DNA of 19,274 nt, counting the filler, from Phallusia mammillata (lineage: Eukaryota): the NCBI GenBank assembly GCA_965637545.1. It is 2 parts of 2 records of this genome, joined end to end, with 100 filler letters (N's around TTAATTAATTAA, not from the genome) between each part and the next. Parts side by side here need not be neighbours in the genome. Positions count along the whole stretch, not along the records: positions 1 to 12,956 come from OZ281499.1; positions 13,057 to 19,274 come from OZ281497.1. One strand, 5' to 3'. Below are positions 10,587-19,113 of this stretch, in pieces. A program made the translations under genes and the position numbers. The notes beneath the pieces were generated by a model. It did not search any database, had not been told where the DNA came from, and saw only the letters and a list, made by a program, of their open reading frames with translations. Within the stretch, counting starts at the first letter, position 1, and each line of letters opens with the position of its first letter.

Positions 10587-10659
10587 ATGGTGGTTAAAAA
10601 CTTTCGATTCATTACTATCATCGTTTTAATCGTTCTGCGTAAAACACGAGGAATTAAAG
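10587..10659 (+). CDS. LCCL gene exon 1: signal peptide
   Basis: MVVKNFRFITIIVLIVLRKTRGIK G|gtttgt; phase-1 donor matches the next exon. An upstream in-frame ATG exists at 10566. Confidence 0.55.
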
Positions 10660-11145
10660 GTTTGTATATCTTGCCTGTTGATATTAGATTTCAACACATA
10701 AAACTTGTAATAAAAATTTGTAAAATTAAAAAAGGGAAAAAGTTGATTCAATGAACAGTTGTTTTGCCAAAATGCATTGCACTTTAGCCACAAGAGCAGT
10801 TTAGTAATCCCCCGTTAATCGTTAAAAAATTACAGACTGAGGTAAAAGTTAGAGCTACTAACTTAAGAACCACAATAGCCAGGTTTGGAAATTTCCGCTA
10901 GGAGGCGTAACAGAATAAACACCTATGCTCCCTTGCGCCACTTAGCGTTTTTTACCAAACTTTGTTTATTCCCAAACCTGGCTACTGTGAGTTCTTACGT
11001 TAGTAGTTCTACCAGAGTAAAAAAATATATGACTGGTCTGTTTTTTCGAATGATCAAATTCAATTAATTTTTCTTGTTTAAACTGAAAAGTAAAGCCGTT
11101 TTAAACATTACTGTGGAAAAACATTACTATAAAACACTTTTACAG

Positions 11146-11301
11146 TGACTTGTGACACGGAGTTTTCCGATCTGGAACATTCGATCACCTATCTTCTTTG
11201 TCCAGCCGACTGCTGGAGACAGCACTCGAACTTATGCGGCGACAGGATTTACTCCAGGGGCCCAATATGTCTAGCTGCTATGCAGGATCAATGGATTGAT
11301 G
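11146..11301 (+). CDS. LCCL domain 1, N-terminal half (divergent)
   Basis: ttttacag|VTCDTEFSDLEHSITYLLCPADCWRQHSNLCGDRIYSRGPICLAAMQDQWID G|gtataa; 156 nt, phase 1 to 1. Confidence 0.75.
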
Positions 11302-11752
11302 GTATAATTTTGACTTTCAAAATGTTTGTTTTACTGTTAATTTCAGCATTTACGACTTATGTTCCTAAAAACCTCAGTTATTTAATTCTGGCTCACAAAT
11401 TATCAACAACATTTACAGTAAATATAAGTTAGGAGAAATAACAAATTTGCGCTGTTTTAGATGGTTCATGGAGACTTATATATGAACTTGCTCAGATTTA
11501 AGTGTATATGCATCTTAATATAAATAAGCAAAATTGCCTAACTGATCATACAGTTTTTGTTTATTGTTAATGTACCATATTTTGAGATTATTTCTGCAAA
11601 TGAAGGATCGATATAAACTAGACCGGGTCGCAACCCAATGTCGATGCGTAAGAACTTTATAAACTTAAAATATTATTGACCATTGTTGATTTAGGCACCA
11701 TTAGAAACTGCAAAACTAATTAAGTGAACAAGGTTTCTATTCGTTTTCATAG

Positions 11753-11878
11753 GCGGCGGTGGTCCAGTGGTTGGTTACCGAAGCCCAGGTAAACGCAATA
11801 ATTGGTATGGTGGAGGAAACCGAAATGCTGTGAAAAGTGAATCTTGTACAGCTGATGTGGATTCTTATTCATTTGAAA
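11753..11878 (+). CDS. LCCL domain 1, C-terminal half
   Basis: ttttcatag|GGGGPVVGYRSPGKRNNWYGGGNRNAVKSESCTADVDSYSFE A|gtgagt; 126 nt, phase 1 to 1. Confidence 0.8.
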
Positions 11879-12089
11879 GTGAGTAAGGTTTAGTGCCTCT
11901 TTTTCAGGGTATGTCCTAAATTTATGGATGTTATGTTGGAAGTTTGTTGTTAAAAAGTGTATCTGCAGGTTTCTCCCCAAACTACAATTCGAATCTCAAC
12001 TTATTTGCAACAACGGTGTTATACAACTATTATCAGAAGTAAGAAAAAATATGAAACCAAATTAATAAGAGAGATATTATTGCTTGCAG

Positions 12090-12239
12090 TGACATGCTCA
12101 TCCCAGGGAGACTCGTCAACTCTGGTCACCCAGGTTGACTGTCCAGCTTATTGCAGAGGATAAGCTGTGTACGGGTCAGGAATCTACAGCGACAAGTCAT
12201 CTGTGTGCAGAGCTGCTGTGCATGCTGGAGCGTTACCAG
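12090..12239 (+). CDS. LCCL domain 2, N-terminal half with in-frame stop
   Basis: ttgcttgcag|TCSSQGDSSTLVTQVDCPAYCRG*AVYGSGIYSDKSSVCRAAVHAGALP G|gtgggc; 150 nt, phase 1 to 1. Confidence 0.85.
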
Positions 12240-12392
12240 GTGGGCGCCAATGCTTACAAACTAAATCATGAAAACAAGATGAGTTCAGAGACTATATAGG
12301 CTTTATAAGTTATAGAAATATATACATTCATGCATATAACAATTTCATTACTATCTTGGGGGGTACCTAGAGTATAACTATAACCGCTAGTA

Positions 12393-12956
12393 CAGGGGTG
12401 GCCAACCGGTCAAAGCTTAAGAGCCATATTTTTTATTGTGTTACCTCAAAGAGCCACATTATACACATAAGCACATTTGTTAAATGACTCGTCCCTTCCT
12501 CACACACAGAGACCTGTGCTTAGCCAGATCTATTCCAAATGTCGCACACCAACATAATAATGACATAATTTGTACAGACCACGGGCCAGTCATTTTCAAC
12601 AATAAATGGTCAGTGCAAACACCGTCTCTCACACAAAACTCTCATTTCAACGAACCTATCAAACAAAAACATATGAATTAAAATACGCCTTTTTCTCATT
12701 CTATAAATAACGTGCGGTGAGATTCATTTCTGGTCAATTGTTAAAACCTTTTTTCACTGCCAATCTGAAGGCTAACTTGAAGTGGCGAAACTAAATTCAT
12801 TGCGACGTCATTAATGCATTCACCCCCAATAATCGCTCAATTCAAACCCAAAACAAACTACCGATAAAATATAACGTTCGTCATAACCCGAAAAACAACG
12901 GATTGAAGCATTATTTACTTTGGAACACATTTGTTGTAAATATTGCTGTTGCTTCG
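12393..12956. mobile_element. Left end of a hAT (Charlie-like) non-autonomous element, probably running into the assembly gap
   Basis: Starts CAGGGGTGGCCAACC followed by two AAGAGCCA subterminal motifs. The right TIR and second TSD copy (expected CGCTAGTA) are not seen, so the extent is uncertain. Confidence 0.5.
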
Positions 12957-13056
12957 NNNNNNNNNNNNNNNNNNNNNNNNNNNNNNNNNNNNNNNNNNNN
13001 TTAATTAATTAANNNNNNNNNNNNNNNNNNNNNNNNNNNNNNNNNNNNNNNNNNNN
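12957..13056. other. Artificial scaffold gap: 44 N + TTAATTAATTAA + 44 N
   Basis: Exactly 100 nt and symmetric. The 12-mer is self-complementary and places TAA in all six frames, as in contig-joining linkers. Confidence 0.95.
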
Positions 13057-13176
13057 AGGAAAAATTTACAACAAAATATTTATGAAAAACGCAAAGTGCA
13101 GGGTAGCGAAAGACCGTACGGTCAACGTGTCAGCCACCCCTTCAAAGCAGTAGTATTAGGCGAAAAAAAAGGATAT

Positions 13177-13594
13177 AAGTACATAAACAAGAGAGAGAAA
13201 AATTAGGCAGTAAATGAATAAACAGTTAATCAAATAATGATATACAGAAGTCAGGAAACAATTTACCGAGAGAATAAACAATCACAGTATGTGAGCGCAC
13301 AATTGGTGGATAATGAATCAAGTAAGTGAACGGAAGTGTAATACAACGAGCGAATAAGTAAACAGCGACAAAAACAAGTACATAAACACGAAACAAACAA
13401 ACGTTTAGGTTAATAAAAATGAGGCAGTAAATGGATAAACAGTTAATCGAATAATGACAAGCAGAAAGTCAGTAAACAATTTTCCGAGAGAATGAACGAA
13501 CATAGTACGTAAGCACACAATCGGTGAATAATGAATAAAGAAAGTGAACGGAACTGTAATACGACGAGCGAAAAAATAAATAGCAACAAAACAA
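13177..13594. repeat. Diverged tandem duplication (about 200-217 bp unit, two copies) in the LINE 3' UTR
   Basis: AGGCAGTAAATG(A/G)ATAAACAGTTAATC at 13205 and 13422. AAGTACATAAACA at 13177 and 13376. AAGTGAACGGAA..GTAATAC.ACGAGCGAA in both copies. Confidence 0.85.
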
Positions 13595-13747
13595 ATGAAA
13601 AAAGCAGTGCACAAATACTGACAACTTTGTTTGCGAATTAATATTGTAAAGCAATGGATTTTTTCATCTGCAACACGTGCGCGAAGAGCGTTGCCATGGC
13701 ACCGAAGTATTTGTGGAATGTTGATTGTCATTTGTTTTGAATTGAGA

Positions 13748-16745
13748 TTAAAGCATCTCATTAAGCAGACGGGTTGTGATGAATGATGTGAATTTGTTGT
13801 ACGAATATTTCTTGGCAGAATTTGGAATTGTACTCCAGAGTTTTACTGCAAAAAACTGAAGGCGTTTTTTACCAGAATTTGTGTATATGCGGGGATGGAA
13901 ATAGTTTTTGTCATGACAAAGTCGCGTATTGTGGCTGTGGATGTTGGAGATGGGGGTGAAATATGATTCAAACACTAAAGGCAGAAGGTTTCTTTCGAAT
14001 TTGTACAGAAATTTAATCATTTCTAACTGAACCAGGCCATGAATTTGCAGAATACCAAGCTTATGATAAACAGGTTTTATGTGTGTTGCGATGGAGGTAT
14101 TTGAAATTATTCTTATGGCCTTGTTCTGAAGGACTTGGATATGGTTCAGTTCTGTGGGATATGCACGGCCCCAATTTATTACACAATATTGGAGGTGGCA
14201 GTGGATGAGTGTATAATACAATATGAGAAGGGTGGGTTGGTTGACATATTTTTTAATTTTTGCTAAAATTCCAACTGATCTGGATATTTTTGATGATGTC
14301 AGTGATATGTGGGTTTTCCAACTAAGTTTATCATCAATCGATAGTCCCAAATATTTTACTGATTTGGTTTGGGAGATAGTATGGTTGCCAATTTTAATTG
14401 AGAATATTTGAGAGTCTGGTGGTCGGGTATAATGAAATAACATGTAATTTGTTTTTAAATAATTAAGTGACAGTTTATTACATCTCATCCATATGTCTGC
14501 CTGTGTTATCCCAGTTTGTATTTTTGTTTGTAAATTTAGAATTTTTTTTGTCCGAATCAAAAAATATGGTGTCATCTGCAAACATTCGACTCTTTAGTTT
14601 GGTGCATTGGGGGAGATCATTAACATAAAGTTGGAACAATAATGGTGACAAGATACTGCCCTGAGGTAAGCCATGCGTTGGTGTTGCTGCTGTTGATAGG
14701 ATGTTGTTGATTTTAGTGTATTGTTGTCTGTCAGAAATGAAGCTATCAATTAGGTCTAATGGTCCCCCTCTAATGCCATAATGATGCAATTTTTGTTTTA
14801 GGATTTGGTGATCTATGGTATCGAAGGCTTTTGATAAATCCATGAAAATAGTGCACTGGTGTTCATGATGGTCCAAACTGTTCAAAATGTTTTCATGTAA
14901 GTCGGCTGTAAGAAGCTCAGAAGAATGTTTTTGTCGAAATCCAAATTGGTGTCCAGATATAGTGTTATGTTTTTTGAAAAATCTTAGCAGTTGCACTGTA
15001 AGGATCTTTTCGAATATTTTACAAAAAATTGGGGTCATGGAAATTGGTCAGTAGTGTGAACACATTGTTGGATTTTTTATCTTAGGTATTGGTGTAATAT
15101 GGCTTAGTTTTAAACACTTAGGAATATGAAATATATTTATACATTCATTAAATAGGTATGTTAAATATGGTGTTATCACTTCAGTTGCTAATTTAATAAA
15201 CTTAATGGGAATGTGGTGAGGGCCCTGTGCTTTTTTACAATCTAGTAATTGTATCTGGTGTTTCACATCTAATTCAGTTATGGGTGCTAGAAAAAAGGAG
15301 TTGGTACAGGGGTGATTCAAAAATGTGTCGACTTTTTTGGGTGATGTTTGAATTTTTTCAGCTAGAGTTTTTCCTACAGTTACAAAATGTTGATTCATTT
15401 GTGTAGCTATGTCATAATTATCTAGATACGTTTTTCCATTTCTTGTAACATTGTTGATGGTTGTTTGATCAGTCTTATTATTAAGGATTTCTTTAATTGT
15501 ATTCCATGTTTGTTTTGAAGTTTTACTTTTTTGAAATTTATTATAGAAGTACTGTTGTTTTGCAAGCTCTTTAATGTGTGTTAATTTGTTACTGTATGTT
15601 TTGTATTTGTGGAATTTGTTGTAATTGTTTCTATTGTAGCATTTTCGAAAAAGTTTGATTTTAGTTTTAATTGATTTAAGAATACCTTTTGTTATCCATG
15701 GCTTTTGGTGTAATTTGGTTTCTCGTCTGGAAAGGGGACGTAATGGTGCATGTTGTTGTAAGGTGGATGCAAATAATTTAATAAACACGTCAAAATTATT
15801 TTCTAGGTCTTGTGTGGTTGTACTTGTGGTATTTTGTAATTCGAAGTATAACCTTTGATCAAGGTCAGCTAAAAATTCCTCAGTGTGAAAATGTTGGAGT
15901 GTTCTTGTGAGCAGTGGATTTTGATTTGCTTTAACGTATGTTGGGTGGTCTATTTTTAAAAGAATTGGAAGATGGTCTGAAATGTTATATTTAATGATTG
16001 CTGGTGATATCTTATATGTTGAGTTTGTGTAAAAGTGATCTAAAATTGATGGTTGACTGTGTAAGCTGTATCTTGTTGCTTGGGTAATGGGGATATTGCA
16101 GCCTGTGGCATGTAGTATGTTTACATAATTTTTAATTTTTTGTGAGTTATTGATGTTTTTTAGGTTTATATTTATGTCTCCCCCGACATAATATGTGTTA
16201 TTTTTCTTTTGAATTTTATCTAGACATTGAGCAATTCCTATTTCAAAGTCCTTAAAGTCTGGACATGGATGACGATAAATAACTCCTATAACTATAGTTT
16301 TTCCAAGGTGCTTTACGTCTATCCACATGTATTCACATTGATGTAGGGTGTTGATATGCAGGTCGTTTCGTAAATTAACTGACAATTGTTTCTGAACATA
16401 GATTGCAACACCTCCTGCCTTTGTGGGGGAATCTGTGTGGTAAAATGAGTATCCACTTATATCGGTGTCATAAGGTACCTGTTCTGTATTTATTTTGGTT
16501 TCTGATGTTAAGATTAAAGATGGGGGAAATGCCATTTCCGCCAATAGTTCTTCAAGCTTATGTTTATTTTTTGCCAGGCTTCGTATATTGCAATGCAGAA
16601 TTGTTAGTTGTCTATGTTTTGAGGTTAATTGGTTGAGTTCCTGGGTTGTTTGGGTTTGACACAGGGCTATATTTTGGAATGCCTTGTTTCTTATACCTGT
16701 TGTTTCTTGATTGCTTATGTTTAACTGTTGGTTGTTGGAATCCAT
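13748..16745 (-). pseudogene. LINE ORF2: apurinic endonuclease + reverse transcriptase
   Basis: APE motifs LHCNIRSL, TSETKI, GGVAIYV, GVIYRHP, GGDININL, ILDHFY, ISDHLPI. RT motifs Y*PISMTPIFCKIFEK, QFGFR, FMDLSKAFDTIDH, GLPQGSILSPLLF, MFADDT, KYLG, HNTR. TGA at 15048-15050 where Arg is expected (YRPIS); frameshift in the A8 run near 14542-14549. Confidence 0.95.
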
Positions 16746-16792
16746 TGCTTAATTTTAAAAGAGATATAAACACAATTTTTTTACAAAAAAAC

Positions 16793-17492
16793 TTAACTGT
16801 TATAAATTTTTTCAACAGTGTCCCAATCAATGTCCAGTTCTGTATGAAGCAAGTCTTCGGGAGATTCGATTTGAAGCCATCTTCCCTTAATTTTGACACT
16901 TATTCTTCCATACGATGTCCCTGAAGCTTCGACTTGTGGAAATTGCTTTATGTAATGCATCAGTTTATATCGAGTGGGGGTGAGATCTTCATTTATGTAA
17001 ATTCTCTTGTTTCGGAGTTGCCTTTTTTAATCATAAATTCTTGTCTTTTTTTGAATGAGACAAACCTGACGATGACAGGTCTTGTGTGAGAGTCTCTTTT
17101 TTCCCAATCCGATGGGCTCTTTGCACATCTAATGGTGAAAGCGTAATTGATAATTGTTTTGCAACATCTTGCAGATGTCTCTCACCATCATCGTCACTGC
17201 TGTTGTTCTCTTCAAGGCCATATATGCGGATGTTTTCTCTTCGGCCATATTGTTCAAGTCTATCAAGCTTATAAATTGTTTTGTTGAGTTGCTGTTGTAG
17301 TTTTCCATTTTTTTCTTTGTTGAAGTCCAATTATTTTCTAGTTTCTTTTAGTTCCTCTCGTAGTTCTGATGTTTCTTTGTTTGATTCATACAATGCTTGT
17401 TTTATTTCTTCGAGATTTGATTGCACATTAAACAATATATCCAATTTTGTGTGTATTTCTTGTAGTTCTTGTTGCAGTTCTTTTAATGTCAT
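16793..17492 (-). pseudogene. LINE ORF1: coiled-coil + L1/transposase-22-like RRM region
   Basis: MTLKELQQELQE... coiled coil, LEQYGRRENIRIYGLEE, RAHRIGKK, RPVIVRFVS, IYINEDLTPTRYKL, GRISVKI, ending IYNS-TAA. One in-frame TAA (about 17331-17333) and two -1 frameshifts in A6 runs (about 17097-17102 and 17023-17028). Confidence 0.85.
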
Positions 17493-17705
17493 TTTTATCA
17501 GTCAATTTATTTTTTTATTTTTATTAACAGCCTTAATTAACCTTATTCAAATACCTTATTCAAATAGAATGTAAGTATGGAGTTTTAGAGGTTTTGGAGC
17601 TTAAAGTAATTTGTTTAACTTTTACAAACTTCAAAATTTAATCCTACCGTCAAAATTTATTGCAGCTTTTATGCCGGAGGTATTTTATACTTTGTTTTAT
17701 CACAG

Positions 17706-17800
17706 GGAGCGGATCGGCTCTGCAATCAAGATCCCTGTCTTCACTTTACCTCACAGCGACATCTATCGCCATGTACATTTGTATTGCATTTTGTGTTTGA
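17706..17800 (+). CDS. Terminal exon encoding a GPI-anchor-like signal, probably of the LCCL gene
   Basis: ttttatcacag|GSGSALQSRSLSSLYLTATSIAMYICIAFCV-TGA: small residues, spacer, hydrophobic C-terminus. Phase 1, matching all LCCL exons. AATAAA at 17927-17932. Confidence 0.6.
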
Positions 17801-18108
17801 CTCGCTTAATTGTTTACTATTGCAACACAAATTAGTGATTAATTTATATACACAACACCATGACACATTTTTGAACCTCTTTTCGCGTTATAACCGAACA
17901 AGTTTTTGGTAACATGCTGTGTAACAAATAAAATGCTGTATTGTATCTGGATCTTTTTTTCCACGATTGCAGAATATGTAAAGTAAAAAGTTGGATAAAA
18001 TATTTTTTGATTAATTTTACTTTTACACAAATACTGTCCTTTGAATAGATTTGCCTATTTGGCACAGATTTTTTTAATAGTTTTTAATTTGGGCGAAAAA
18101 AGACACTG

Positions 18109-18246
18109 TCAGCATGTCAAGTATTCGTGTCGCAAGGCTATATAGTTGTTCCAGTCCAAAGCCACTAAACGTATTTGAATGGCTTCAACAGGGCTTTCGA
18201 ACAAGTTCAACACTTTTGTGTTGGAATCAGTGTTTTCCCAAAAATC
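18109..18246 (-). CDS. Discoidin domain C-terminal exon
   Basis: atttattttcag|DFWENTDSNTKVLNLFESPVEAIQIRLVALDWNNYIALRHEYLTC-TGA, matching the FxGNxD...NxF..P.....IRL.P..W...IALRxE..C consensus. Confidence 0.88.
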   Translation of the reverse strand, partial: DFWENTDSNTKVLNLFESPVEAIQIRLVALDWNNYIALRHEYLTC

Positions 18247-19113
18247 CTGAAAATAAATTTTTGACAGTAATTTCAAACTCTTCTGTGCTTGTTTTCTATT
18301 TTGTTTTCGATTAAGCTTGTCCATTTTTTTCACATATTCTGCAAGATTAGATAATTGTGTTTATTACCAGTTTGGCTAACAAATAAAACCTACATTTTCT
18401 GAATTTGTGTTGCGTGCAACTTTCCAATTTCCTTCTATTTCAGATCGATATTCCACCCTAAATTTTTTGACCCATTGAGGTTGCTGAAATCTTCCCTGTG
18501 TTATAACAGCGGTGATGGTGGTCAAATTTTTCAAGTTTACTTGAAGCGTAAAATCCAAACACTTTTGGCCAAAATTTATTATGTGTTGAAGGCAACCATG
18601 CTGCACCACTATCACCAAGGCGGTCCAATCTGGCTAAGCTAGGCTGGTGGAATCTTTTGTCCGACGGGTTAAGAACGGACGATGCTACAAAGGCGTTGTC
18701 CGGGATAAGGCCTGTTTTTATTCCAAGTTTGCACCATGTATCTTGTGAAAAAATAGCTGTTTGTAGATTGTAGTTTTTTTTAAGTGGCTTATTAACACTA
18801 AATTTGTTTAAAAATAAAAAGCTAGTTTAAGGTAAAGCAGGTTTTGTCCCATACCTCTATTAGCTTGAAAGTTAACTTCTGCAAATCGCTCGAATCGCCC
18901 TAATAACAAAACAGTTTTCTATTGGTTTTAGCATTTACACACAAAAAAATTAAATTAAAACAAAACAAATCCGAAATTGATTCTTGCAAAAACACATCTT
19001 GCAGAATCTTTCGATTTCACTTGTGTACTTGAACCTAATTGTACTCGACATGCCTTGGAGTGTTTTTAATTGTTTACAGGACACCAAAGTCTCCAACGGG
19101 CAAGTTTCTTTAC
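18109..19113 (-). CDS. 3' part of a gene ending in an F5/8 type C (discoidin) domain; one frameshift as assembled
   Basis: Exons 18967(or 19021)-19113 (tentative), 18394-18741 and 18109-18246; see exon entries. Confidence 0.8.
18394..18741 (-). CDS. Discoidin domain N-terminal exon with +1 frameshift
   Basis: ttttcacaag|TWCKLGIKTGLIPDNAFVASSVLNPSDKRFHQPSLARLDRLGDSGAAWLPSTHN, then in the +1 frame LQVNLKNLTTITAVITQGRFQQPQWVKKFRVEYRSEIEGNWKVARNTNSEN|gtaggt. 348 nt is 1 nt too long for phase 1 to 0. Confidence 0.85.
18967..19113 (-). CDS. Possible upstream Cys-containing exon of the discoidin gene
   Basis: gattttag|GKETCPLETLVSCKQLKTLQGMSSTIRFKYTSEIERFCKMCFCKNQFRI. Two phase-1 donors are possible (after 19021 or 18967), both weak. 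Confidence 0.4.

Larger units (their letters stand above)
13057..17570 (-). mobile_element. Near full-length non-LTR retrotransposon of the CR1/L2 group (ORF1 + APE-RT ORF2 + long 3' UTR), inactive as assembled
   Basis: ORF1 16793-17492, ORF2 13748-16745, 3' UTR with terminal stem-loop running into the gap. 5' boundary approximate. TSD and tail not visible because of the gap. Confidence 0.92.
10587..17800 (+). pseudogene. Signal peptide + two tandem LCCL domains + probable GPI-anchor signal; in-frame TAA in second LCCL; one or more exons probably missing in the gap
   Basis: Exons 10587-10659, 11146-11301, 11753-11878, 12090-12239 and probably 17706-17800, all joined by phase-1 GT-AG introns. 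LCCL motifs CPAxC, VYGSGIYSDKSSVCRAAVHAG, GGPV...YGGGNRNAVKSES...SYSF. TAA at 12161-12163. Linking the last exon across the gap is inference. Confidence 0.7.

Noticed and set aside
12957-13056. TTAATTAATTAA as a biological motif (PacI sites or piggyBac TTAA target)
   Set aside because: It is centred exactly in a 100-nt N block and encodes stops in six frames, so it is an assembly linker.
13133-13141. GCCACCCCT as the right TIR of the hAT element starting at 12393
   Set aside because: The rest of the expected GGTTGGCCACCCCTG does not match and no CGCTAGTA TSD follows. It is better explained as the LINE 3' stem arm.
1908-17333. Alternative genetic code (TAA/TAG read as Gln, or TGA as Trp/Arg) to explain in-frame stops
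   Set aside because: TAA terminates the protease, LINE ORF1/ORF2 and the 1-539 gene, while TGA terminates the discoidin and GPI exons. Both codons act as true stops here, and C-to-T mutation explains the internal ones.
17541-17566. 13-bp direct repeat CCTTATTCAAATA x2 as a LINE TSD
   Set aside because: The copies are adjacent on the 5' side rather than flanking the element; this is a local tandem duplication.
14223-17574. Plus-strand ORFs over the LINE (14223, 15655, 16403, 16646, 17086, 17281)
   Set aside because: Antisense shadows of the LINE ORFs with hydrophobic low-information composition.
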